The position numbers and the translations under genes are program-made. From a virus (Duplodnaviria > Heunggongvirae > Uroviricota > Caudoviricetes): 64,000 nucleotides of DNA. Positions 1 through 9,923 of this stretch are shown piece by piece. Where the stretch lies: the IMG/VR virus record IMGVR_UViG_3300026549_002476. The stretch is one strand, 5' to 3'. The notes under the pieces are model-generated. The model had not been told where the DNA came from and searched no databases. It worked only from the letters and a program-made list of their open reading frames with translations. Each line of letters begins with the position of its first letter. The first letter of the stretch is position 1.

Positions 1-1
1 T

Positions 2-37
2 ACTTTTGACATGGAAGATGAAGATGATGCATGGTAA
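2..37 (+). CDS. 3' end of an upstream gene (…TFDMEDEDDAW*), acidic C-terminus; partial
   Basis: Open frame from the window edge to a TAA at 35-37. Followed by the RBS and ATG of the next gene. Confidence 0.3.
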   Translation, partial: TFDMEDEDDAW

Positions 38-64
38 ATAATTTAGATTAAAAGGAGTAAAATT

Positions 65-1096
65 ATGGCAGAAGCAATTGTATCATATCCGGGAGCAAAG
101 TGGAGATTTTATCCACATATGGTTCAGTATTTTCCTGTTGATATGAAAACTTACATAGAACCTTTTCTTGGCGGTGGATCTGTTGCATTATCAATTTCAG
201 ATGATACAAGGTTTGATAAACTTGAGAGAATGATTCTTGGTGACTTATATAGTGAAATGTGGGCATTCTGGACTGGTGTTAAAAACAATCCAAATGATGT
301 TCATAAGATTGCAGTAGATTGGTTTACTAAGAATTGTCCTCATCAGATTGAGTTTAAAGACCAAGGAATTGATGCAGCTGGCGGAAGAGAACTTGAGGAT
401 AACATTTCTAAGATTGATACAGATGAAAAATTATCTGCTGAATATAAGAAGCAAGCTCACTTCAATTTGGAGTTATATCATGTAGTAAAGTCAGAAGCAG
501 AGAAGTTCTGGAAGTGGTGTGAAGATGTTGATTGTACAACACTTAGCATTCCAGAGAGAGCTGCTAGAATGTATCTTGTAAACAAGATGAGTTTTAGTGC
601 CATGGGTGATTCTGGTAGTTTATCAATGGATAGGTTTTGTGCATTTAGACTTGAGAATGCTAATCGTATTGAAGAGACAAGTAAACTTCTTACAAGAGCT
701 GAGATTTACAATGTATCTTTTGAAGATACTATGAAATATGGAAATGATGATCCAGATAATTCATTTATATTTTTGGATCCGCCATATTTTGACCAAGAAA
801 AGAGTGGTCTATATGGAAGAAATGGTAATATGCACCATGGATTTCCACATTTGAAATTTGCTGAATATACGAAGTCAATGAAGTGTAAGTGGTTTGTTAC
901 ATACGATGATTCTGTTGCAGTACGTAAGCTATTTTCTGGTAAAGATGCTTATGGAAAAGAGATACAGTTAATTCCATTTACAATACCTGGCGGTTATACA
1001 ATGGCACAGAAAAATGCTGAAGATGCACTTGCCGGTGAAGAATTGTTTATTATGAATTATAATAATTCAGATAATGAACTTGATTTTGATTTTTAA
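65..1096 (+). CDS. dam: N6-adenine DNA methyltransferase, Dam/D12 class (MethyltransfD12 family), with an internal insertion
   Basis: RBS aaaaggag 8 nt upstream. N-terminal YPGAKWR and EPFLGGGSV (AdoMet-binding F-x-G-x-G) motifs and a C-terminal catalytic DPPY motif (FLDPPYFDQ). At 343 aa it is longer than canonical Dam (about 280 aa), with extra sequence between motif I and DPPY. Confidence 0.85.
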   Translation: MAEAIVSYPGAKWRFYPHMVQYFPVDMKTYIEPFLGGGSVALSISDDTRFDKLERMILGDLYSEMWAFWTGVKNNPNDVHKIAVDWFTKNCPHQIEFKDQGIDAAGGRELEDNISKIDTDEKLSAEYKKQAHFNLELYHVVKSEAEKFWKWCEDVDCTTLSIPERAARMYLVNKMSFSAMGDSGSLSMDRFCAFRLENANRIEETSKLLTRAEIYNVSFEDTMKYGNDDPDNSFIFLDPPYFDQEKSGLYGRNGNMHHGFPHLKFAEYTKSMKCKWFVTYDDSVAVRKLFSGKDAYGKEIQLIPFTIPGGYTMAQKNAEDALAGEELFIMNYNNSDNELDFDF

Positions 1097-1112
1097 ATAT
1101 AATAAAAATTTT

Positions 1113-1150
1113 AAAGAGCCACTTAAATCATTAAGGTGGCTCTTTATTTA
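1113..1150 (+). terminator. rho-independent terminator after dam
   Basis: Inverted repeat agagccac…gtggctct followed by ttattt. Confidence 0.6.
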
Positions 1151-1413
1151 TATTTAGGAAGGCGTAAACAGGAGGGTTTATCTGATAGATACAAAAGGTG
1201 TAATTAAGAAGACCGTAAGATTGTTATTTATAGATATACAGAAGTTATACATAGACATATAGACAAAGAGAATATCAAATTTGTTGCTGATTAAACTTAT
1301 AGATAAAAGTAGAATTAACATATTTTTGTGCCTGTATTTATTATACAAATATAACTTTTAATTTAGTTACCTTTTTAGCTATACAAATAATAGAGTATGC
1401 CTAGGAGTTAAAA

Positions 1414-4400
1414 ATGAAACTGTTTATTGTTGGATACAGAAAAGAAATAAAAGAACATACAGTAATTATAACTAGATTAAGATTCTTAAATCTTGATACT
1501 GGTGAAATTGCTGATGTGCCATATAAAAATGTATATGATACATATAAGGCTGGCAAGAAAATTTTTGTTATAAATGCTAAGCTTAGTAATGAACATCCAA
1601 AGCAGTGTATACTCGAAAGTACATTTGGTAGCATATTTTCTTATCCGAACAACATGGATAATAATACTAATAAGGTAATAATTCTTGGTACCATTAATGA
1701 TAAATTCTTAACATCTGATTTCAATGGTAAACTCAGACTTATTCATCCAAGCAGATTAAGTAATTTTGTGGTTTGTAACAGAAAAGATAATATATCTTTG
1801 GATGACTATCCTACATTACCAAATCTTATTGCACCATTATATCAGAAATGCGAAATATTAAATAAAGAGCCAGTTAGTTTAATGATCAAACTATCAGAAA
1901 TAACTAATGAATATGATAAAAGCTATGGCCCATATGAGGTCAGTACTACTTTAAGAAAAAGCAGCATTTATGGTTGTATTAATGAAGTAGATGTAAGAAT
2001 TACACAAAATGCATTATATGCTGGTGATCCTGAAACAGAGATTGGTGACTTATACATTGATTTTGATTCACTAAAGGACGCATCTTATAGTAAAACATAT
2101 GATATATTAATAGATGGAATAAACTTAAATAATGTTTATATACTTGATAGGTTTAAAGCTGATTTAGCAAGTACTGATTATGTACATTTTTATGTAAAGA
2201 CAACTATAACTAATTGTACTATAAATAATTTTAATTATAAAAACCTTTCATATAAAGTTGACGAAAATAATTATATACTGTCAGAAAAGCACTTTAATAG
2301 AAGGGTGATTTTAAAAAACAGTACAATTAAAAATAAAGCTTTTATATACGGAGCAACAAGAACTTATCTAGTTAATAACTATATTAAAAATCTTGACATG
2401 ACAAGGTTTAGTAATGAGACATTTTCTAATATATTTGGTGTAGAAGCTAAAATAATTACTTACTGTGTGGGTGATGCTGTACAAGAAAATAATTGGAATA
2501 TAACAGCATTGAGCAGGTTTAACATTTGTAATAGTATATGGGTATATAATAAAGATAAGTGTGAACATCCAAACTATTATTTTAACGTAGCTGCTGGAGA
2601 TTTACATATAGATATAATAAATGCACCAAAGAATTCCGGAATTTTACTTGATAATGTCTTTTATAGCGATAATATTACAGAATTTGAACAATATATGTCT
2701 CAAAGTTATGCAAAACATAAGCTTGCTGAACTTCGGCAATATATACAACTAAATTCTAATGATAACTTTGATAAATCAACAGTAACTATAAGAAGTGATA
2801 GTAAGAATTTAAAGCTTAATAATGTCAGTATTGATAAAATTATACCAATAGATTGTAATATAAGATCTATAAATAATTTTCATTGTAATGGTAATGGAAA
2901 TGAATTAAACTTTCCTGGTATAGTAAACCTAACTGGCAAATTAATGATGGATGATTCACAGCATTTTATATTTGACTCATTACGCTGTGGAATGAATATG
3001 CGGCTGATGTTTAATCAGGATCTTAAAAATCCGGTAATTTGGGATATAAATAAAGACTTTAAATTTTCTTCTGAATACTATTATAGTGTAGAAAGAGAAT
3101 TAAAAGCAGCTATTACATCTGGAAAATTAGTGTTGAGGGTTAAATACGGAACATCTGCAATGCAGAGTTTAATGCAGTACGGAATCAAATATGAAATAAT
3201 TGATAAAGAGAATATACCAAGTGATGTTAAGAGCTTGACTTTGAAAGAAGATATGATCGGTAAATCAATATACGAAATACAGTATGAAAAATTCAAGGAC
3301 ATAGCATTTGATCACAAAGCAGATAAGGAATCATTTATTGAATTAAATAATTTACAGACTACTGGAAAGAAACTTGATAAGTTATTCTTTGAAACTTATT
3401 GTTGTAGGCCAAGCGGTGAAGATCATAATCAAAAACTTATTAGCTATGATGATATACAAAGATCATATGGTATAAGACAGTGTGAAGAAAAAATGTCTTA
3501 TCAATTTAAGTATAATTATGACTTAATTAAATACTTTGAATACAATGATAATATTTTGAATCCTAGTATAATGAAAATAATAAGTGAGGATCCAAAATTC
3601 ACTACAAGTTATAAGATAATACCTGACTTTGGTGGAAACAATGCAATATATGAGATAGCAATAAAGAACATAGATTATCCAGGGGTAGATGTTTATTATG
3701 TAGTGTGTCATTCAAATGAAATTTTATACTGTGCATATACTGGATCATACATATTGTTTGCTAATGATGATCAGGATAAAGAGGTTTCCAGTGTCATCCA
3801 TCAATTATATGATTTTTCAAGAGCTGACTTATGTTATTATAAAGTTGCATTATCTAGATCAACTAATCAAATAGATGATGAGACAAATAAGAATCTTGCT
3901 AGAGCTATTGGAAATATAGTTAAGAGCACATCTATGATGGTATCTAATAAAAAATCAAAGTTTATAATAACAGATGGAAGTAAGTATTATTGGTTCAATT
4001 ATAAGGGATATATACCAAGAAGATTCACACAGACTTATTATTCTAGGGGTTTAACAAATCTAGCTGGTGATATTCGTCAAATTTACTCAATAGAAGAATT
4101 GGAAAAGATTGATGATATTCCTGATAAAGTAGATGTATCTACTGATTTTTCAAAATCAGTTCTAAACATTTATATGCACAGTTTGAATGACCATAAAGAG
4201 TTGGAACATCCAAGAGTTTATATGAATGCTCAACATTACATTGAAGCATTTACAGCTCAAGATAAAATGGTATACGAGTTTTATAAACTTGATAAGTCAA
4301 GAGAGTTTATGCATACAATGCCATATGTTGTAGATGACAATAATAAGGTATTTGAGTTTTGTAAGAAATATTGTAATCTTAGATCACTTGAAAAAGACGG

Positions 4401-5337
4401 AGATAAATATATACGAGCTTTTGCAGATTTTCTTAAAATTGGAGCAGCCATTGAGGTATCTGAATATAACTTAAAGAAATATGAGATTTATAATTCTGAT
4501 ATGTCAAGGACTAGTCAAAAATATGGAGATAAACATGTACAAACTCAGAAGTTTGTAAGTAGTAATGGGAATATTACATTGACAGAAGGAATGTTACATG
4601 CTTATGGTAGTGTAGATAGAAAATTTTATAAGTTTGCTAATAAATTTAGTCCAGCAACAATTCATGATTTTGATTATCATATATTAAATATAAATGGTAA
4701 AACAAGATATTTTATAGAACCAGGGTTTACATTTGAACAGTTATTAAATTTAGCTAGTAGAATAAATGAGATTAGCAACATATATCAAGGTTATAAGAGA
4801 CGAGACATAGAAGATTACATAATAACACCATATGGAACTTCTCCAATGACTCTTGAAATTATGAGATCAAATTTTATGTTCTTGAGAAGAAGTTCTTTTG
4901 ATGATGATTCATATGGATATTTTGCTGTACAATGTAAATTAATTATGTCACCATGGACAGGAAGATACTATCTTGCTGTGGATAGATCAAAGGCAAAGAA
5001 TTTCACTGTAGTAGATAAGATATACACTCCCATTGATACAGTTACCTTGAATTGTGATGATATAGTATTAAGATTTATAGACTTTAATACAGCAATTAAT
5101 TTCTTTTATAGACTTAGAACATCATTACAATATTATGATACAAACTCTGCTGGATATGATATAAGAACTCCAGCAGGTAGCTTATTGACAGATGGGTGTA
5201 TTCAGGGATTGGAAAGAGTTCTTGAATATAACATGACAGATAAATTTGAGATTATAAATATGAATAATGGATGTGGTAGTCTTGTTTATCCGTTTATTCC
5301 ATACATGGCAGCTTACAAGGAATATGAAAAAGGTTAA
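1414..5337 (+). CDS. giant hypothetical protein (1307 aa), Asn/Tyr/Ile-rich; no recognisable motif
   Basis: Uninterrupted 3.9-kb ORF with RBS aggag upstream of the ATG. No catalytic motifs recognised by eye. Could be structural or host-interaction. Confidence 0.5.
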   Translation: MKLFIVGYRKEIKEHTVIITRLRFLNLDTGEIADVPYKNVYDTYKAGKKIFVINAKLSNEHPKQCILESTFGSIFSYPNNMDNNTNKVIILGTINDKFLTSDFNGKLRLIHPSRLSNFVVCNRKDNISLDDYPTLPNLIAPLYQKCEILNKEPVSLMIKLSEITNEYDKSYGPYEVSTTLRKSSIYGCINEVDVRITQNALYAGDPETEIGDLYIDFDSLKDASYSKTYDILIDGINLNNVYILDRFKADLASTDYVHFYVKTTITNCTINNFNYKNLSYKVDENNYILSEKHFNRRVILKNSTIKNKAFIYGATRTYLVNNYIKNLDMTRFSNETFSNIFGVEAKIITYCVGDAVQENNWNITALSRFNICNSIWVYNKDKCEHPNYYFNVAAGDLHIDIINAPKNSGILLDNVFYSDNITEFEQYMSQSYAKHKLAELRQYIQLNSNDNFDKSTVTIRSDSKNLKLNNVSIDKIIPIDCNIRSINNFHCNGNGNELNFPGIVNLTGKLMMDDSQHFIFDSLRCGMNMRLMFNQDLKNPVIWDINKDFKFSSEYYYSVERELKAAITSGKLVLRVKYGTSAMQSLMQYGIKYEIIDKENIPSDVKSLTLKEDMIGKSIYEIQYEKFKDIAFDHKADKESFIELNNLQTTGKKLDKLFFETYCCRPSGEDHNQKLISYDDIQRSYGIRQCEEKMSYQFKYNYDLIKYFEYNDNILNPSIMKIISEDPKFTTSYKIIPDFGGNNAIYEIAIKNIDYPGVDVYYVVCHSNEILYCAYTGSYILFANDDQDKEVSSVIHQLYDFSRADLCYYKVALSRSTNQIDDETNKNLARAIGNIVKSTSMMVSNKKSKFIITDGSKYYWFNYKGYIPRRFTQTYYSRGLTNLAGDIRQIYSIEELEKIDDIPDKVDVSTDFSKSVLNIYMHSLNDHKELEHPRVYMNAQHYIEAFTAQDKMVYEFYKLDKSREFMHTMPYVVDDNNKVFEFCKKYCNLRSLEKDGDKYIRAFADFLKIGAAIEVSEYNLKKYEIYNSDMSRTSQKYGDKHVQTQKFVSSNGNITLTEGMLHAYGSVDRKFYKFANKFSPATIHDFDYHILNINGKTRYFIEPGFTFEQLLNLASRINEISNIYQGYKRRDIEDYIITPYGTSPMTLEIMRSNFMFLRRSSFDDDSYGYFAVQCKLIMSPWTGRYYLAVDRSKAKNFTVVDKIYTPIDTVTLNCDDIVLRFIDFNTAINFFYRLRTSLQYYDTNSAGYDIRTPAGSLLTDGCIQGLERVLEYNMTDKFEIINMNNGCGSLVYPFIPYMAAYKEYEKG

Positions 5338-5461
5338 ACTTTAGATATTTTAATAAACACATTTAAAAAGTAGAGGATGCGTAAAAAATAACATAGAATT
5401 AAAGTATATGTAGATTTAATAAATTAAATCTTTTAACACTATAAAAAGGAGATAATAAACT

Positions 5462-6409
5462 ATGAGCATGAGAGCAACTATGATAGTTAGACATGGTAAA
5501 GATGCTAAGTCACCTGCTATGGCATATACCCTCATTAGCAGTAAATATCAGACACAGACATTCAGTGCTGACGACTTAGCTAAGAAGATTGCAAATAAGG
5601 AAATTGAGGTTTCTAACCTTGCAATTGAGAAAGGCAAGATTGTTTCTACTAATGGACAGATGTCTAATTACACATTTATTTTTAATGGCACTGGACAGGT
5701 TGTTGGTAAGGCAACTGGTGTTATTCTTGACAGAGTTGAGAAGAATGATAAACTCATTGGATACACTCTGTTTGATCCTAGTGGAATTTTGAGATCTATT
5801 AGCATTGCAGAAGCAGTTGACCTTTGCAACAAGAGACTAATTGCCAATGGTAAAATTCGTCACACTGATGCTGGTGATATTGTATCTTCAATTAAAGGTG
5901 ATTATCCAATCAGAGAGATCGCTCCTGAGAAAGCTCCAAAGGGTGATGTTACAATGAATGTTCTTTACTTTGGTATGGCTGGAGCAAAGAACCTTTACTT
6001 TGGAGCAATTGTTGACTGCACATCAGCAGAGAGAATGAATGAGCTTATTAGAGTTCTTACTGAGTCTAACAAGAAGGTTATTGAGAGATCTCTTGAAGCT
6101 GCTGATGGCAAGGATGAGTTCAATAGCCGTATTAAAGACTCTTGTAGAATTCAGAGAATCAATGCTAACTCAATTTACGGGGTATTTGAACTTAAGTACT
6201 TTGATAAGATCCGTAAGCTTGACAGTAAGTTTAGCCTTAGGGATAAAACACCTGTATCAAGTGTAAGATACATTGATGATGTTGTTGAAGCACGCGCCAT
6301 GATTGATAAATCTGGCAAGGTTGTTGAAGTTGGCGATTGTGATGATAAGGTAGCTAAGAATAGTCTTAAAGCTTATGTTGGTAAACTTGCAGAGATTCTT
6401 AATCAGTAA
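5462..6409 (+). CDS. hypothetical protein (315 aa) with GC-enriched codon usage suggestive of high expression
   Basis: Strong RBS aaaaggagat. Codon usage is visibly GC-richer than neighbouring genes. Confidence 0.5.
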   Translation: MSMRATMIVRHGKDAKSPAMAYTLISSKYQTQTFSADDLAKKIANKEIEVSNLAIEKGKIVSTNGQMSNYTFIFNGTGQVVGKATGVILDRVEKNDKLIGYTLFDPSGILRSISIAEAVDLCNKRLIANGKIRHTDAGDIVSSIKGDYPIREIAPEKAPKGDVTMNVLYFGMAGAKNLYFGAIVDCTSAERMNELIRVLTESNKKVIERSLEAADGKDEFNSRIKDSCRIQRINANSIYGVFELKYFDKIRKLDSKFSLRDKTPVSSVRYIDDVVEARAMIDKSGKVVEVGDCDDKVAKNSLKAYVGKLAEILNQ

Positions 6410-6429
6410 TGAGAGGAGGGTTAAAAACA

Positions 6430-8163
6430 ATGTGGCTTTTGACACATACAATAATTAATCCTTCAGGAATGTTGATAGGTTTTCAATGTTTAGAGAAAAC
6501 TAAACATGGAGAAAGAATCATAGCAGTTGGTACAAATACCATTGTTAAGAGCGGGTTTAAGAATAGACAGGTTTATGTGGCCAATGGAATGATTCATGAG
6601 AGCAATGGGTTTAGAATCAATTCACTTCCAATGTTGGTAGCATTCAATGGTAAGCTGGTACCAACTAAAAATGGTATAAAGCTTATATCTCGTTATCTTG
6701 ACAAAGATAAAGTTGTTAGATACGGTGTTGAGTTTGAGCATGGATATAAAATGGATCTTGAACTTAAAAACATCCTGGTGTATTCCAAGTGGTTTAGGCC
6801 AATCAACTTTATAGTCAAGTTTACTGCTACTGGTAAGCCTTTCATTGCTGGTAAACCTGGTCAAAAACTTGAAGATCTTCCAACAGTTCAGTTAAGCAAA
6901 GATGATGAAACTAAGAAAGCTGTTGATAAATTAAGTTCAGATAGTGTTAATGATTCAAACAAGGTAAATATTGTAAATAACAATATGGATGTGCTTGATT
7001 TTTACAGTTTGATTCATAGACTTAACGGTTATATAATTTATCTTCCAACTGAAACTTATCAAGCAGTTTCAAAGAACACAAATGATGGTGATTTTAAGGC
7101 TTATCCATATGGTGAGATTGCTCAGAGCTTTTTGCAGTTTAATGCAACTAAATTAAATGTGAATGCTCAGTTTAGAAAAGGTGGAGCAATCTACACTGAT
7201 ATGGGAGGCAAGAGAGTTCCAATTTACACTTATGTAATTAGAACGAAAAGCCTTATACTAGATGGTGAAAACCATGTTAAGAAACTTGGTATCATGGTAT
7301 CTGCTGATAAGGAAGATGAGTTTGTTAACTCCATTGGCAAGGACAGATTAATCAGCAAAGTAACTGATCCAGAAGAGCTTTCAACTTTTAACAGACTTGT
7401 AAATACTGAAAATAATGTTATTTACATTGTTAATATTTCTAAACTTCCTATAATGTCATCAAACAAAATTAGTAAATACGTTCCTAGTATTAATGACATA
7501 GCTGAAATTTCTAAGAATTTCCAGATAGCAAAGCTCAACAAGAAACTTATTGATTATGCACTTAGAGAATTAACTGATACATCAGCATCTGAATTATCAA
7601 CAAATGATGATTACGTTTATCCAACACTTGAAATGATTAATCCTAAGTATTATGATATGTTAGCATCTTTAGGAATTAATATTCATACAGGTGCTTATAC
7701 TCCAGTAAATTCAAGTGAAGAAACAAATCAAAAACCTGCATCGACAACTTCTCAAACAGCTGTCGTTATTGAGTATAACAATAAGAATGTTCCAGATAAT
7801 ACTGCTAAGGTTCTTATGAAAATAGCAACTTCTGGAGCAAGCAATGATAAAGAAAAGCCATTTGTAAGTTTGATTGCAGACACAGCAGAGATAATTAGAA
7901 AATACAAGACAGGTGGTTTAAACGTTAAAGATTATTTTACATGTCTTGATTCAGCCAAAAAGAAGTATTTGAAGCAGGAATCTGAACTAGCAGAAAAGCT
8001 TTGGACTTGTAATGTAGCTTTATATTTACAGGGAACCAAAAAGAAGATATTTGTTAATAATTCTTCTGACTGGGAATTTTCAAAGAATCTTAAGAATGGT
8101 TCTCTTTACATCTGTAAGTCTCATCCAGAACTTCGTATGAAAGTTCAGAATGTTACCGTTTAA
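6430..8163 (+). CDS. hypothetical protein (about 577 aa)
   Basis: Long ORF. RBS gaggagg 10 nt upstream of the ATG at 6430. The alternative ATG at 6409 overlaps the upstream stop. Confidence 0.45.
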   Translation: MWLLTHTIINPSGMLIGFQCLEKTKHGERIIAVGTNTIVKSGFKNRQVYVANGMIHESNGFRINSLPMLVAFNGKLVPTKNGIKLISRYLDKDKVVRYGVEFEHGYKMDLELKNILVYSKWFRPINFIVKFTATGKPFIAGKPGQKLEDLPTVQLSKDDETKKAVDKLSSDSVNDSNKVNIVNNNMDVLDFYSLIHRLNGYIIYLPTETYQAVSKNTNDGDFKAYPYGEIAQSFLQFNATKLNVNAQFRKGGAIYTDMGGKRVPIYTYVIRTKSLILDGENHVKKLGIMVSADKEDEFVNSIGKDRLISKVTDPEELSTFNRLVNTENNVIYIVNISKLPIMSSNKISKYVPSINDIAEISKNFQIAKLNKKLIDYALRELTDTSASELSTNDDYVYPTLEMINPKYYDMLASLGINIHTGAYTPVNSSEETNQKPASTTSQTAVVIEYNNKNVPDNTAKVLMKIATSGASNDKEKPFVSLIADTAEIIRKYKTGGLNVKDYFTCLDSAKKKYLKQESELAEKLWTCNVALYLQGTKKKIFVNNSSDWEFSKNLKNGSLYICKSHPELRMKVQNVTV

Positions 8164-8187
8164 CACATAAACAATTAAAAAATATTT

Positions 8188-8226
8188 AGAGCACTGTGGT
8201 ATGATTGACCATGGTGCTCTTTTTAT
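8188..8226 (+). terminator. rho-independent terminator
   Basis: agagcac…gtgctct inverted repeat followed by ttttatt. Confidence 0.5.
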
Positions 8227-8309
8227 TATATTAGTTGGTTTGGGATTAACATTTATATAAAAAGGGTAGTTATTTTAATTTAGGTTTTGTTTTGATATGG
8301 TGAATTGAT

Positions 8310-9518
8310 ATGATCTATAGATTTGAAGGAATACTTAGTGAAGATGTATATAGTAAATCAGATGTGCTATTTGCCGTTGGGAGAAATAACATATTTAATT
8401 TGATGGCTACTGATACAATTAAAGCTAAGTGTAAGTCTGAAACAGCTATAGACATTAGTTTTGATAGACAGTTATCAGATGATTTTGGATTTGACAGTAA
8501 ATCTGAAGCTGGTTTGAATAGCATAGACTTTGATACTTTTATGGAAACAGTTTATTCACCAAGTATAAATGGTAGGTGGTTTTGTATATCTGATCTTAGT
8601 GCAATGAATAAGAAGCAAAAAGATAAGCTACTTAAGTATATTAAAGATCCATCTGATAATGGTGTGTTATGCATTACAAGTACTGATTGGATGACTTATA
8701 GAGAATGGGAAAACAATAAAATTATTAAAACAAGTAAGAAAGTTAATTTACTTGACTTAAGTTTTCCAACTAGACAGATATTAAAAGATGTAGTAAAGCA
8801 AATGTTTGAAGATAAAAACATTAAGGTCGATAATTCTGGCATAGAAGCGTTTATCAATAGAATGGGAAATAAGTATGACGACTATGATAATGTTTTAAAT
8901 GACATTGCAGATGCATATGATGGCAGTGAACTAGATGCTAAAAGTATGAAAACTTATATGCATGGCATTGAAAATTATAGCCTTGATGATTTTATAATCG
9001 AACTTACTAAGCCATTAAGTAGCTCAAAAACTAATAATAAAAAAGTATTAAGAATCATGATGATGCTTGAAGATGAAATGGGGGCTGCTGATTTAGTTAG
9101 GAAAACTCTTAATAAAGTTGATGAGTGTATAGAATATCGTAAACTTATAAATTCTGGATATATACCTATAGGAATTAGATTCTTCTTTAATGATGTTATA
9201 AATGGACTTCCAGAAAGTATTAGAGATAAATATTCAAAGGTTAAGGAATACACATTTAGAAAGAAAGCACTTTTAGCATCTATGACATCTTTACAAGATT
9301 GGTGGTATATGCATATGATTTTATCAAGTGCTAATAAGAATGTAATGATATCTGAAAAAGAAAAAGATTTATACTGTCAGAAAGCTCTATATCAACTATG
9401 CACTAGAACTGTATTAACAAAGTCAAGATTGAATAACGATATAGGAGTTGAAGATATCATAGAATCTGGTTTGGACAGTTTAGATAAAAAGAAGTATATT
9501 GATAAAAATGATAGTTAA
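8310..9518 (+). CDS. hypothetical protein (402 aa); weak resemblance to clamp-loader delta-like proteins, unverified
   Basis: ORF with a weak RBS. Only a vague pattern similarity, no motif proof. Confidence 0.35.
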   Translation: MIYRFEGILSEDVYSKSDVLFAVGRNNIFNLMATDTIKAKCKSETAIDISFDRQLSDDFGFDSKSEAGLNSIDFDTFMETVYSPSINGRWFCISDLSAMNKKQKDKLLKYIKDPSDNGVLCITSTDWMTYREWENNKIIKTSKKVNLLDLSFPTRQILKDVVKQMFEDKNIKVDNSGIEAFINRMGNKYDDYDNVLNDIADAYDGSELDAKSMKTYMHGIENYSLDDFIIELTKPLSSSKTNNKKVLRIMMMLEDEMGAADLVRKTLNKVDECIEYRKLINSGYIPIGIRFFFNDVINGLPESIRDKYSKVKEYTFRKKALLASMTSLQDWWYMHMILSSANKNVMISEKEKDLYCQKALYQLCTRTVLTKSRLNNDIGVEDIIESGLDSLDKKKYIDKNDS

Positions 9519-9725
9519 ACATAGGGAGTAAACTTTGTATACGTTGAGTTTTTGAAGATAAACCTAGTTGGATAGACATTAAGGAAAAATAGGTATACAG
9601 TAGGGTATTTTACAACTTGTGAACAAAATTGTTATGAGATTTAGTTAATTTATCAAAAATTGAAATTTTGTTAAATGCTGGCACAAAATTGGTATAAACC
9701 ATAAAAATTGGGGTGTTCAGAAATT

Positions 9726-9778
9726 GAAAATTTATTATACAGTAATGAAAAATTTATTATACAGTAATGAAAAATTTG
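9726..9778. repeat. perfect 22-nt tandem direct repeat (tttattatacagtaatgaaaaa x2) inside a repeat-rich intergenic region
   Basis: Read directly in the sequence. Recurring aaaattg and ggtatacaNtaggg motifs lie nearby (9590-9800). Confidence 0.8.
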
Positions 9779-9923
9779 GTATACATTAGGGGATCGACCT
9801 AATTCTAATTTTTGAAGAGATTTTTGTAAGTTTTTGAGGGATGGTATTTTAGATTTTAGGCAGAAAGAGAATTGTAGTTAAATTTTAAATAATATATAAA
9901 ATTAAGACAATTTGGAGGTTAGT

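Noticed and set aside
5589-6266. ORFs 5589-5792 and 6039-6266 in alternate frames of gene 5462-6409.
   Set aside because: Leu/Arg-rich translations typical of out-of-frame reading of a GC-richer gene. Nested, with no RBS.
9520-9923. tRNA or other structured RNA gene in the intergenic regions (9.5-9.9 kb, 10.7-11.0 kb, 17.7-18.2 kb, 41.5-42.0 kb).
   Set aside because: By eye there is no cloverleaf-compatible sequence with a conserved T-loop (GTTCRAnYC) or D-loop, so I cannot support any tRNA call without a covariance search.
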